DNA of 64,000 nt, taken from an uncultured Chloroflexia bacterium (GTDB taxonomy: Bacteria; Chloroflexota; Limnocylindria; Limnocylindrales; CSP1-4). Below the pieces are notes generated by a model. The model was not told the DNA's origin and made no database searches. It saw only the letters and a list, made by a program, of their open reading frames with translations. Positions within the stretch are counted from its first letter, which is position 1. Every line of letters starts with the position of its first letter. The DNA lies in the NCBI GenBank assembly GCA_963806175.1, contig CAWDXA010000011.1, positions 199,318-263,317 of the forward strand, in the 5' to 3' direction. Position numbers and translations under genes: made by a program. Below, piece after piece: positions 1-9,247 of this stretch.

Positions 1-1
1 C

Positions 2-1183
2 GAGCAGAGCCTCGACAACCTCAAGCTCGAGCGCGACGCAATCCTCCTGTACGACGCGCTCGCCGCGATCGAGAAGGACGGACGGCGGGCGGAGGCGTTC
101 CGGAGGATCGCCTCCAACGAGCGCCGGCACGCCGGCATCTGGGCGCAGAAGCTGACCGACCTCGGAGCGAACGTGCCGCCGGCCGGCGGGCCGCGCATGC
201 GCGTCCGGTTCATCATCCTGGGCGCGCGGCTGTTCGGGACGGCCGCCGTGGCGGAACTGGTCAAGGCGCTCGAGGGCGACGAAGAGGACGCCTACGACGC
301 GCAGGGCGGGTCCCCGGAGGCCGCCGCCATCGCCGCCGACGAGCGCGAGCATGCCGAAATCTGGAAGCGGCTCAAGCGCGGGGCGGACGACGCGGGCGCT
401 GCGGGCGCTGCGGGCGTCGCCGGCGCACCACGGGACGGCGTTGCCATCGCCCGCGAGGCGGCGAGCGCCGCGGAGATCGGCCAGCGCGAGCAGTGGCACC
501 GGTCGGGCCGGTCCGGGACCCTTCGGGCGATCATCTTCGGCGTCAGCGACGGCCTGGTCAGCAACCTGTCGCTGGTCATGGGCGTCGCCGGGGCGGCGTC
601 GAGCAACCCGAGCTTCATCCTGCTGGCCGGCGTCGCCGGCCTGCTGGCGGGCGCGTTCAGCATGGCCGCCGGCGAGTACATCTCGATGCAGAGCCAGCGC
701 GAGCTGTTCGAGCGGCAGATCGCGCTCGAGCGCGCCGAGATGGAGGCCATGCCCGAGGAGGAAGAGGCCGAGCTCGCCGCGTCGTACCGGGCCAAGGGCT
801 TTGCGCCCGACGAGGCAGCCCGCATCGCCCATCGAATCTTCGAAGACCCGGACAGCGCGCTCGACATGCTCGTCCGCGAGGAGCTCGGGCTCGATCCCGA
901 CGAGCTCGGGTCGCCGTGGGGCGCGGCGGGCGGGTCGTTCGTGGCGTTCGCCATCGGCGCGGTCGTGCCGGTCATCCCGTACCTCGTCGGGGGTGGCACC
1001 GTCGCGCTGCTCGTCAGCCTCGGCCTCAGCCTGGTGGCCCTGTTCGGGGTCGGCGCCGCGGTGAGCCTGCTGACCGGACGAGGGCTCATCTTCTCGGGTG
1101 TCCGCCAGCTCGGGATCGGCCTGGCTGCAGCGATCGTGACCTACCTCATCGGCTCGCTGATCGGCGTCACGGCCGCCGCCTGA
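2..1183 (+). CDS. Ferritin-like/rubrerythrin domain fused to VIT1/CCC1 transporter (MbfA-like architecture); 5' end outside window
   Basis: The frame is open from base 2 (EQSLDNLKLERDAILLY...ASNERRHAGIW, an ExxH di-iron motif, with a second EREHAEIW). The C-terminal half has VIT1 signatures IIFGVSDGL and SMAAGEYIS plus several TM helices. Confidence 0.85.
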   Translation, partial: EQSLDNLKLERDAILLYDALAAIEKDGRRAEAFRRIASNERRHAGIWAQKLTDLGANVPPAGGPRMRVRFIILGARLFGTAAVAELVKALEGDEEDAYDAQGGSPEAAAIAADEREHAEIWKRLKRGADDAGAAGAAGVAGAPRDGVAIAREAASAAEIGQREQWHRSGRSGTLRAIIFGVSDGLVSNLSLVMGVAGAASSNPSFILLAGVAGLLAGAFSMAAGEYISMQSQRELFERQIALERAEMEAMPEEEEAELAASYRAKGFAPDEAARIAHRIFEDPDSALDMLVREELGLDPDELGSPWGAAGGSFVAFAIGAVVPVIPYLVGGGTVALLVSLGLSLVALFGVGAAVSLLTGRGLIFSGVRQLGIGLAAAIVTYLIGSLIGVTAAA

Positions 1184-1191
1184 GACAGCCG

Positions 1192-1506
1192 ATGTCGGAG
1201 GACCTGGCAGCGCGCCTCGGCCACGAGGGTCTCGACCCCGGGCGGTGGTCGAACGGCCCCGGCGACCGGTACGGGGCGCACGAGCACGGCTACGACAAGA
1301 TCATCGTCGTCGAGCGGGGCTCCATCCGGTTCGGGCTTCCGTCCGATGCCAGGGCAATCAACCTGGCCGAAGGCGATCGGCTGGAGTTGCCGGCCGGGAC
1401 GGCACACGACGCGCTGGTCGGCGAGCGCGGCGTCGCCTGCCTCGAGGCGCACCTGCCCGCGGGTTCCCTGGCCGGTCCCGCCAAACGCGGTTCAGGCACC
1501 TGGTGA
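1192..1506 (+). CDS. Cupin-domain protein
   Basis: ATG at 1192, 9 nt after the upstream stop. Cupin motifs YGAHEHGYDKIIVVERGSIRF and GDRLELPAGTAHDA. Confidence 0.8.
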   Translation: MSEDLAARLGHEGLDPGRWSNGPGDRYGAHEHGYDKIIVVERGSIRFGLPSDARAINLAEGDRLELPAGTAHDALVGERGVACLEAHLPAGSLAGPAKRGSGTW

Positions 1507-1592
1507 CGGGATCGTGATGACCGCAACCCCGAATTCGATCGAGGCCCCGTATCCGGGGCCTCGTCGGGTAGGCTAGGGTCACGCTGATGCGT

Positions 1593-1730
1593 TCAGTGGT
1601 TCCCGAACCGCATCCAGAACATGACTTCGTCCCTGGGGGTGTAACCCCGCTGGCGACCGTCGTCGGTGCCCAGCGCGAAGCTGATCAACGAAAACAGCGC
1701 CAGGAGCCCAAGGATGATCGCGACGACCAT
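1593..1730 (-). CDS. 45-aa single-TM small protein (MVVAIILGLLALFSLISFALGTDDGRQRGYTPRDEVMFWMRFGNH), absent from the supplied ORF track
   Basis: Translated by hand. GGAGG lies 8 nt upstream of the ATG, the N-terminus is a 20-aa hydrophobic helix, and the gene is divergent from the Lrp gene. Confidence 0.65.
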   Translation of the reverse strand: MVVAIILGLLALFSLISFALGTDDGRQRGYTPRDEVMFWMRFGNH

Positions 1731-1834
1731 CGGTAGTTCCTCCGCTGCGTGGCATCAACACGATGCCTCAATCGCGATGATAGCCTAACGAATCGATATT
1801 TGTCATGCCGGATGACCTAATGGAGTGTGACTAA

Positions 1835-2335
1835 GTGCCTGTTCGGGCGGGACTGGACCGGATCGACCTCCGGCTGCTGGAGCTGCTCCAGGCCGAGGGC
1901 CGCCAGCCATACGCCGAGCTCGGGGCGGCGGTCGGCATCAGCGGGCCATCGGTCCACGAGCGGGTCAAGAAGCTGGAGAGCCGGGGCGTGATCCTGCGCT
2001 ACTCGGCGGTGGTGGCCCCGGACGCGCTCGGCTACGGCGTTCTCGCATTCACCTGGCTGACCCAGGCGCCCGGAACGGGCGCCCACGACCTGACCGCGGA
2101 CTTTGCGGACATCCCCGAGATCGAGGAGTGTCACCACATCGCCGGCGAAGCCGACTACCTGCTCAAGATCCGGGTCCGCGACACCCTCGACCTCGAACGG
2201 ATCATCCATCACCTGCAGACCAACCCGCAGGTCTTCTCGACCGAGACCGACGTGGTCCTGTCGAGCGCGTTCGAACGCCGGCCGCTCCGGGCATCGGGTT
2301 CGCACCGTGAAACCGATGGACCGCCCGAGGCGTAG
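1835..2335 (+). CDS. Lrp/AsnC family transcriptional regulator
   Basis: LDRIDLRLLELLQAEGRQPYAELGAAVGISGPSVHERVKKLE HTH; C-terminal RAM domain ECHHIAGEADYLLKI. Confidence 0.93.
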   Translation: MPVRAGLDRIDLRLLELLQAEGRQPYAELGAAVGISGPSVHERVKKLESRGVILRYSAVVAPDALGYGVLAFTWLTQAPGTGAHDLTADFADIPEIEECHHIAGEADYLLKIRVRDTLDLERIIHHLQTNPQVFSTETDVVLSSAFERRPLRASGSHRETDGPPEA

Positions 2336-2338
2336 ACG

Positions 2339-3013
2339 ATGACGGAGCGTTCTTCGGGGCCCACCGACGATGCCAGCCTGGTGCGCGACCTGGCGGCAGG
2401 ATCCGAGGCGGCCCTGGGCACGCTGTACGACCGCTACGGCGACGCGATCTTCGCGGCGGCGTATCGGCTGACATCAGACCGAGGGGCTGCCGAGGAAGTC
2501 GTGCAGGAGACATTCCTCACCTTGTGGAATCGCGCCGAGCTGTTCGATCCGAATGCCGGGTCGCTGCGGGCCTGGCTCCATACGATCGGCCGGAACCGGG
2601 CCGTCGACCGGCTGCGCGCGGCCGGACGCCGGCCCCAGCTGGTCGCGCTGTCGTCGTCGACCCGGGACGAGAACGAGACACAGGCACTCGAGCGAGCGAT
2701 GGCCGGCGGTACGGTGATGGCCGGCGCGACACAGCCGCCGGGACCCGAGGAGGCGGCCGCGGCGGCCGACCTGCGCGACGCGATCCGCGGCGCGATGGCG
2801 GCCATGCCCGAGGTTGAACGCACGGTCATCCTGCTGGCCTACCAGGAAGAGCTGTCCCAGACGGAGATCGCCGATCGGCTCGATTGGCCGCTCGGCACGG
2901 TCAAGACGCGGACGCGGCGAGCGTTGCTCCGCCTGCGCGAGGCGCTGGGCGGGGAGTTCGGGCCGTCCTCCGAGCTGAAGACGACGCCGGTTCCGACCGG
3001 CCAGGATCGATAG
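2339..3013 (+). CDS. ECF RNA polymerase sigma-70 factor (SigK-like)
   Basis: Region 2 AEEVVQETFLTLW...WLHTIGRNRAVDRLR; region 4 LSQTEIADRLDWPLGTVKTRTRRALLRLR. Confidence 0.92.
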   Translation: MTERSSGPTDDASLVRDLAAGSEAALGTLYDRYGDAIFAAAYRLTSDRGAAEEVVQETFLTLWNRAELFDPNAGSLRAWLHTIGRNRAVDRLRAAGRRPQLVALSSSTRDENETQALERAMAGGTVMAGATQPPGPEEAAAAADLRDAIRGAMAAMPEVERTVILLAYQEELSQTEIADRLDWPLGTVKTRTRRALLRLREALGGEFGPSSELKTTPVPTGQDR

Positions 3014-3020
3014 GAACCCC

Positions 3021-3884
3021 ATGGATCACGAAGAAGCCCGCGAACAGCTGGAGCTGGCGGCCGTCGAGCCCGGCGGCATCGACCGCCTGGTCGCCGGCGA
3101 TACCGCCACGTCGCAGGCCGTGGCGGCACACCTGGCGGGCTGCCCCGACTGCACCGGCGAGCTCGCCCGGCTCGGGCGTGCCTCGAGACTGATCGGCGCG
3201 GCCGTCCGGGAGCTGCCGCCGCCGGACCTTCGCGAACGAACCCTCGCCTCCGTCCGGGCGCTCGGCCGCGCACGCGGTGGGGACGCCGCCAGGGCGGCGG
3301 CCGTGCCCACGCCGGCCGCCGCGCCGCTTCCCGGCAATGTCCGGCCCGCCCCCCCGTCAACGGTCGCGTCGCGTGCATGGACCGGCCGCCGGGCCGCGGT
3401 CGGCTGGATTGCCGCGATCGCCGCAGCCATCGTCCTGTCGGTCGCGACGACCTCGGTCCTGGTGGGCGGCCGGGTCGACCAGCAGCTGGCCGACCAGTCC
3501 GACACGATCCACACCCTCCAGGAGGTCACCACCGCGACGCTGCGGGTGACCGGCGAGCCGGACGCGAAGCACGTCGCCCTGACCGGCACGTCGAACCTGG
3601 ACCTGCTGGGCAGCCTGGTCTACTCGCCATCGACCTCGGAGCTCGTGGTCGTCGCCACCGGCCTGCCACAACCGCCGGCCGGTCAGGAGTACCGCTGCTG
3701 GGTGGAGCGCGGCGGTCAGCGGCAGCGGGTCGGGCGGATGTTCTTCAGCGGCGATCTCGCCTACTGGATCGGGCCCGTCCCCGCGGTCTCCGGCGTATCG
3801 GGCGACGCGCGGTTCGGCGTCTCGCTGGTCGACGCCTCCGGCGCGTCGATCGACACGCCGCCCGTGCTCGGCGGAGGGCTCTGA
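3021..3884 (+). CDS. Anti-sigma factor: N-terminal ZAS motif, TM helix, RskA-like C-terminal domain
   Basis: HLAGCPDC (HxxxCxxC), one TM (AAVGWIAAIAAAIVLSV), C-terminal LPQPPAGQEYRCW...FGVSL; directly downstream of the ECF sigma. Confidence 0.85.
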   Translation: MDHEEAREQLELAAVEPGGIDRLVAGDTATSQAVAAHLAGCPDCTGELARLGRASRLIGAAVRELPPPDLRERTLASVRALGRARGGDAARAAAVPTPAAAPLPGNVRPAPPSTVASRAWTGRRAAVGWIAAIAAAIVLSVATTSVLVGGRVDQQLADQSDTIHTLQEVTTATLRVTGEPDAKHVALTGTSNLDLLGSLVYSPSTSELVVVATGLPQPPAGQEYRCWVERGGQRQRVGRMFFSGDLAYWIGPVPAVSGVSGDARFGVSLVDASGASIDTPPVLGGGL

Positions 3885-4165
3885 GCCGGCTCGTCCTCGA
3901 CGGTCTCGTCGTCCTCCTCGATCTCGTCGGGCGGCGGCGCGCCAAGGTAGGCGCGGTGGAGGAGCAGCAGGCGTTCGGCAGCCTCGGCGCTGACGTCGAA
4001 CCCGTCCTCCGCCATCACCATGGACAGCCAGGCCGCCTCGCGCGGCCGCTCGACCGCGTCGACCTCTGATTCGCGCCGTCGCGAATCCATGACTACGAGC
4101 CAGACCAGTCCCGCTCCGAGGATCAGGCCGACAATCAGGAGCCAGACGTTGAATTCAGCGTTCAC
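3761..4165 (-). CDS. Hypothetical protein with N-terminal TM helix and acidic tail
   Basis: GTG at 4165 with TATACT 8 nt upstream (leaderless-like). Sequence begins MNAEFNVWLLIVGLILGAGLVWLVV. Its 3' end overlaps the anti-sigma 3' end. Confidence 0.65.
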   Translation of the reverse strand: MNAEFNVWLLIVGLILGAGLVWLVVMDSRRRESEVDAVERPREAAWLSMVMAEDGFDVSAEAAERLLLLHRAYLGAPPPDEIEEDDETVEDEPAQSPPPSTGGVSIDAPEASTSETPNRASPDTPETAGTGPIQ

Positions 4166-4216
4166 CGGCGGCCAGTATAGGGAGCGGACTCCGGACAGGC
4201 GGCTACACTCCACCGA

Positions 4217-5137
4217 ATGCTCGACTTCACCCCCAATCCCATCGCCCTCCAGCTGGGCCCGCTGCCCGTCTACTGGTACGGCATCGGCTACGCCCTTGGT
4301 CTCGCCGCCGTCTACCAGGTCCTGGTCCGGCTGGCGCGACGCGCCGGCGAGGACCCCGAGATCGTCGGCAACGGGATGATCGTGGTGGCGATCGCGGCCC
4401 TGATCGGCGGACGGGCCTACCACGTCATCGACAGATGGAACGACCTGTATCGGGACGATCTCATCAAGATCGTCCTGCCGCCCTACACCGGGCTCGGCGT
4501 TTACGGAGGCATCGCCTTCGGGCTCGTCGCAGTGATCATCTATGCGCGGCGGCTGCGCCAGCCGATCTGGCGCTGGGCCGACATCATCGCGCCGAGCCTG
4601 TTCGTGATGCAGGCCGTGGCGAGGTGGGGGAACTTCTTCAACCAGGAGTTGTACGGCCCGCCGACGACGCTGCCGTGGGGCATCCCCATCCAATGCGCGA
4701 ACCGCATCGCCGATTACCCCTGCGACACGTTCCCGTTCGCCACCACCAGGTTTCAGCCCCTCTTCCTGTACGAGTCCCTGTCGGGCGTTCTCGGCGCGGC
4801 GTTCCTGATCTGGCTCGGGTTCCGGTTCCGGAACCGGCTCCGACCCGGCGACCTCGCCCTGACCTTCTTCATCTGGTACGGCGTGGTGCGGTTCACCCTT
4901 GAATTGCTGCGCCATGACAACTGGACCTTCTTCGGCGTGCCGATGGCCCAGATCGTCTCGCTCCTGTTCATCCTGCCGGCCGTGGTGATCCTCTTCTGGC
5001 GGCATCGCGACCGGGATCCCATGGACGACCCGCCATCCCGTCCCGAAGCGGCGACCTGGGGCGCGCGCGGACGGGTCGACGACGCGGAGGAGGACGACGA
5101 CCTCGACGAACCGTCGCCCGGCGTCGCGGTCGCCTGA
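4217..5137 (+). CDS. lgt: Prolipoprotein diacylglyceryl transferase
   Basis: PIALQLGPLPVYWYGIGY, IGGRAYHV, ARWGNFFNQELYG, QPLFLYES, YGVVRFTLELLR. Confidence 0.93.
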   Translation: MLDFTPNPIALQLGPLPVYWYGIGYALGLAAVYQVLVRLARRAGEDPEIVGNGMIVVAIAALIGGRAYHVIDRWNDLYRDDLIKIVLPPYTGLGVYGGIAFGLVAVIIYARRLRQPIWRWADIIAPSLFVMQAVARWGNFFNQELYGPPTTLPWGIPIQCANRIADYPCDTFPFATTRFQPLFLYESLSGVLGAAFLIWLGFRFRNRLRPGDLALTFFIWYGVVRFTLELLRHDNWTFFGVPMAQIVSLLFILPAVVILFWRHRDRDPMDDPPSRPEAATWGARGRVDDAEEDDDLDEPSPGVAVA

Positions 5138-5138
5138 C

Positions 5139-6053
5139 GTGCGCGGGCCTGACGGCCCGGAGGAGGAGCGCGCGACCGGTCGCATCCCCGGGACGGGGCC
5201 TCGCCGCCCACCGCCGGCCCGCGTCTCGCCCGAGGCACTCTCCGCCGCGCGCGGGGGCGCCGTTGAAGGGCTGGCCTGGCTGGGACGCACGCCCGAGTCG
5301 TCCGCATCGCTCGTGTACCGGCTCGCTCGCCTGGGCGTGCGTTTCGTCCTGTTCGTGGTCTTCCGGTTCCGCATCGAGACGGAGGGTCAGCAGCACCTCC
5401 CAGACGGCGGCTACCTGCTGGTCGCCGCCGCGCACCGGGGCTGGATGGACCCGTTCGTCGTCCTTCATGCGATCCCGGCCGTGCCGCGGGCCTGGTTTCT
5501 GGGCAGCGGCCCGTCCACATTCACCTCGCGCTGGCGAGAGCGCCTGATCCACCGGCTCGGCGGGCTGCTGCCGGTGTGGCGCGGTGGCGTCGGGATCGAC
5601 CAGCACGTGGCATCGGCCCGGGCGGTGATCGGCAACGGCGGAATCCTGGTCCAGATGCCGGAGGGGACCGTCAGCGGCCCGGCGGGGCGGATCGGCCCGT
5701 TCCGCGTCGGCTGGGCGGTCATCGCCCTCCGTGCGGACGCCCCGATCGTGCCGGTCGCCATCGCCGGAACCGATGAGCTCTACCTCGGACACCGGATGGC
5801 GTCGCGCGTCCTGCCGGCGACCTCGGCCCGCGCGCTCGCGGGTCTGCCGGCCGGGGCGCCGCTGCCGGCCGAGGGTTCGCGCGAAGAACTCGAGATCGCG
5901 CGGCGGATGAGCGAGCACCTCGCGACGACGCTCGGTCCGGTCGTGGAGGCGCTCTACGCGACCACGCTGGACCCGCCCGGCCATCCGCGGCGTCTGCGCC
6001 GCCGGCTGACATGGCTGCTCCTGCGCCCCGGCCGGCTCGACCGGGACGGCTGA
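5139..6053 (+). CDS. Lysophospholipid acyltransferase (PlsC-like family)
   Basis: HxxxxD motif AAHRGWMD and block III MPEGT; follows lgt at 1 nt. Confidence 0.8.
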   Translation: MRGPDGPEEERATGRIPGTGPRRPPPARVSPEALSAARGGAVEGLAWLGRTPESSASLVYRLARLGVRFVLFVVFRFRIETEGQQHLPDGGYLLVAAAHRGWMDPFVVLHAIPAVPRAWFLGSGPSTFTSRWRERLIHRLGGLLPVWRGGVGIDQHVASARAVIGNGGILVQMPEGTVSGPAGRIGPFRVGWAVIALRADAPIVPVAIAGTDELYLGHRMASRVLPATSARALAGLPAGAPLPAEGSREELEIARRMSEHLATTLGPVVEALYATTLDPPGHPRRLRRRLTWLLLRPGRLDRDG

Positions 6054-6088
6054 CTCGCACCACGAGGCGGGGCGCTATCCTCCCCCGA

Positions 6089-7510
6089 ATGCAGTACGCG
6101 GACACCATCCTCGACCTCGTCGGCGGAACGCCGCTGGTCCGGATCCACCGGCTGACCCGCGACCTGGGCCCGGCCGACCGGCAGCCGCTGCTCCTGGGCA
6201 AGCTCGAGATGCTCAACCCCGGGGGCTCGGTCAAGGATCGCATCGGGTTGCCGATGATCGAGGCGGCCGAGCGCGCCGGGCTGCTCCAGCCGGGCGGCAC
6301 GATCATCGAGCCCACCTCGGGGAACACCGGACACGGCCTCGCGATCGCGGCGGCGCTCAAGGGCTATCGCTGCATCTTCGTGATGGCCGACAAGCAGTCA
6401 TCGGAGAAGCAGCAGCTGCTGCGCGCCTACGGGGCGGAGGTCGTGCTCTGCCCGACCAACGTGGCGCCTGAGTCGCCGGAGAGCTACTACTCGGTCGCGG
6501 CCCGACTGGCACGCGACATTCCCGGCGCGTTCAAGCCCGACCAGTACTGGAACGAGGAGAACCCGGCCGCCCACGAACGGACGACCGGCCCGGAAATCTG
6601 GGAGCAGACCGAGGGGCGGATCACCCACCTCGTGGCGAGCGTCGGGACGGGCGGCACGATCAACGGGGTCGCTCGTGCGCTCAAGACGCGCAACCCGCGG
6701 ATCGAGGTGATCGGCGCCGACCCCGAGGGCAGCGTGCTGTCGGGCGACGTCGCCCGACCGTACCTGACCGAGGGCGTCGGGGAGGACTTCCTGCCGGGCA
6801 CGCACGACCCGGCGGTCGTCGATCGCTGGGTGCGGGTCAGCGACCGGGACGCCTTCGCGATGGCGCGGCGCATCACGCGTGAGGAAGGGATCCTCGCCGG
6901 GGGCTCGTGCGGAACGGCGATGGTCGCGGCCCGTGCGGTCGTCCGCGACCTCACGCAGGCCGCGGCCGGGAGCGAAGCGGTCGTCGTCGTGATCCTGCCC
7001 GACACCGGGCGGAACTACCTGTCGAAGGTCTACAACGACGAGTGGATGCGGGCGAACGGGCTGCTGGCCACGACGGGCGCGACGAGCCGGGTGTCCGAGC
7101 TGCTCGCCGACCGCCACCACGCGCCGGACCTGCCGCCGGTCGTGGTCGCCCGGACGACGGATCGGGTCGGCGAGGCCATCGCCGTCCTCCAGGCTTACGG
7201 GATCAGCCAGCTCCCCGTCTCGGAGGATCCCGAGGGCGATGCGGTGGTCGGACTGGTCGGATCGATCAGCGAACGGGGATTGCTCGAGCGCGCCTTCCGC
7301 GACCCGTCGGTGGTCCATCGGACGGTCGGCGAGGTCATGGACCCACCGCTCCCGCTGGTGGAGGCCTCGGCGACCCTCGACGAGGCGTTCGACCTGCTGT
7401 CGGGCGGCGCGCAGGCCCTGGTCGCGGTCCGCGGCGATCGCCCGGCCGGCGTCGTGACGAAGCTCGACTTCCTCGAGTACCTGGCGCACCGGCCGGTACG
7501 CCCGGCCTGA
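6089..7510 (+). CDS. cbs: Cystathionine beta-synthase with C-terminal CBS domains
   Basis: NPGGSVKDRIG (PLP lysine), EPTSGNTG, GTGGT, EGVGEDF; C-terminal CBS pair. Confidence 0.9.
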   Translation: MQYADTILDLVGGTPLVRIHRLTRDLGPADRQPLLLGKLEMLNPGGSVKDRIGLPMIEAAERAGLLQPGGTIIEPTSGNTGHGLAIAAALKGYRCIFVMADKQSSEKQQLLRAYGAEVVLCPTNVAPESPESYYSVAARLARDIPGAFKPDQYWNEENPAAHERTTGPEIWEQTEGRITHLVASVGTGGTINGVARALKTRNPRIEVIGADPEGSVLSGDVARPYLTEGVGEDFLPGTHDPAVVDRWVRVSDRDAFAMARRITREEGILAGGSCGTAMVAARAVVRDLTQAAAGSEAVVVVILPDTGRNYLSKVYNDEWMRANGLLATTGATSRVSELLADRHHAPDLPPVVVARTTDRVGEAIAVLQAYGISQLPVSEDPEGDAVVGLVGSISERGLLERAFRDPSVVHRTVGEVMDPPLPLVEASATLDEAFDLLSGGAQALVAVRGDRPAGVVTKLDFLEYLAHRPVRPA

Positions 7511-7513
7511 GCC

Positions 7514-8596
7514 CTACAGCCAGGGCAGCCTGACCGGCAGCACCGCGTTGAGGATCAGCCCGAGGGTGAACAGGCCACCCGCCCGGCGCGTGTGGATGAA
7601 CGCGTAGGCGACGAACCACAGCGGCCAGCCGTGCTCCGGGTAGCCCGGCGGAGGGCCGCTCGGCTTTGGCCGGGCGAACACCTTGAGCACCGACAGGAGC
7701 CTGGGGATGCCGAGCGCGATCAGCAGAACCCAGGGCCCGACGAGCCCGATCAGCACGATCAGCGCGGTCAACGGGTAGAACAGGATCATCAGCCAGGCAC
7801 CGACGGTCCGGGCGCGTGCCTCGCCGAGGATGACCGGCAGCGTCCGCACCCCGAGCTTCGTGTCCGCCACGATCTTGTCGATGTGCTTGCCGAACAGGAC
7901 GGACGTGACGATCAGCGCGTACGGCACCGACGCGACCAGCACCCAGCCCGGGATGGTGCCCGTCGCCGCCAGGAACGTGCCGCCGACCATCAGCGGGCCC
8001 CAGACCAGGAAGACACCGGGCTCGCCAAGACCGTGGTGCTTGAGCCGGATCGGCGGGGCGACGTAGAAGACGGACACGAACAGCCCCCCGGCGGCGAACG
8101 CGATGATGAGCGGCCCGCGGATGGACGCGAGATAGAGCATCAGCAGCGCGTCGATCGTGTTCACGGCCAGGATCGCGGCTGCCAGCTGGCGTTTCGTGAC
8201 CCAGCCGGCGAGGATCGGGTGCGGGGCGTACAGCGCGCGGACGTAGTCGTCGGTGTCGATGCCCTGAGTCGTGTCGAAATAGTCGTTGATCATGTTGTTC
8301 GCCGTGTGGGCGAGGACCAGTCCGACGACCGCGATCGCGAACAGGCCCCATTCCACCGGGGCGCCGCCGGCCGAACGGGCAGCCTCGACGGCCAGCAGGC
8401 CACCGATCAGCCCCGACCAGATCGTCATCGGGAAGACGGCCGCCCGGGTGATCACGAGCCACTTGCCGACCGTGTCGAGCGGACGGGCGATCGGCGGGTT
8501 CGCCGTTTCGAGGATCTCCTTCCAGGCGAGGAGTCGCTCGCGGAACGGGATCGGTGCGGCGGCCCCGGCCTGGGTGTCCGGCGTGGCGGTTGGCAT
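7514..8596 (-). CDS. UbiA-family prenyltransferase, MenA-like (DHNA polyprenyltransferase)
   Basis: NMINDYFDTTQGID Asp-rich motif, YVAPPIRLKHHGLGE, DKIVADTKLGVRTLPVILG; multiple TMs. Confidence 0.82.
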   Translation of the reverse strand: MPTATPDTQAGAAAPIPFRERLLAWKEILETANPPIARPLDTVGKWLVITRAAVFPMTIWSGLIGGLLAVEAARSAGGAPVEWGLFAIAVVGLVLAHTANNMINDYFDTTQGIDTDDYVRALYAPHPILAGWVTKRQLAAAILAVNTIDALLMLYLASIRGPLIIAFAAGGLFVSVFYVAPPIRLKHHGLGEPGVFLVWGPLMVGGTFLAATGTIPGWVLVASVPYALIVTSVLFGKHIDKIVADTKLGVRTLPVILGEARARTVGAWLMILFYPLTALIVLIGLVGPWVLLIALGIPRLLSVLKVFARPKPSGPPPGYPEHGWPLWFVAYAFIHTRRAGGLFTLGLILNAVLPVRLPWL

Positions 8597-8674
8597 GGGG
8601 TTCCTCGACGGGTTGGTTGAAAAACGTGCGCCACGAATGTATCAGGTTATTCGGCGGTGTGCGACCATGCGCGG

Positions 8675-9223
8675 ATGCACGTGCCACCCATCCGCACCGC
8701 CAGGTTCGAGCTCGTCTCGATGTCCATGCGGTTCATGACCCTGCTGCTTGCACGCGACATCGATGCCGCCTCGGAGGAGCTGGGCGTGCGCGTCCCGGAT
8801 TCGCTGCCCGGGCAGCTCGACAACTTCCTGCACTACCGGATCGTCGACCTGGAGCTCGACCCGGAGGCACAGCCCTGGCTGGGTCGGGCGATCGTCCTGA
8901 CCGAGCCGGACGGCAGGCGGCGGTTCGCCGGTACGGCCGGGTTCCATACCCCGCCCGACGCCGACGGTCGAATCGAGGTGGGCTATCGCGTCGAGCCGCA
9001 GTACCGGCGGCAGGGCGTTGCCAGCGAGGTCGTCCGCGGCCTGTTCGACTGGGCGGCGCGCGAGCACGGGATCCAGCGGTTCCGGGCCTCGGTCGCGCCC
9101 GGCAACGTGCCATCGCGGGCGATCATCTCCCGGCTCGGCTTCCACCAGGTCGGTGTCCAGATGGACGAGATCGACGGCGCGGAGCTGGTCTTCGAGCTCG
9201 ACGGCTGGACGGCCACGTCGTGA
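8675..9223 (+). CDS. GNAT N-acetyltransferase (RimJ/RimL type)
   Basis: EVGYRVEPQYRRQGVASE acetyl-CoA motif; NVPSRAIISRLGF. Confidence 0.88.
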   Translation: MHVPPIRTARFELVSMSMRFMTLLLARDIDAASEELGVRVPDSLPGQLDNFLHYRIVDLELDPEAQPWLGRAIVLTEPDGRRRFAGTAGFHTPPDADGRIEVGYRVEPQYRRQGVASEVVRGLFDWAAREHGIQRFRASVAPGNVPSRAIISRLGFHQVGVQMDEIDGAELVFELDGWTATS

Positions 9224-9247
9224 GGCCGCGGATGCCAGAATGCCGCC

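Noticed and set aside
6054-9247. SAM riboswitch or T-box ahead of cbs, the cystathionine lyase, gltX or proS
   Set aside because: Upstream regions are very short or leaderless, and no consensus elements are visible.
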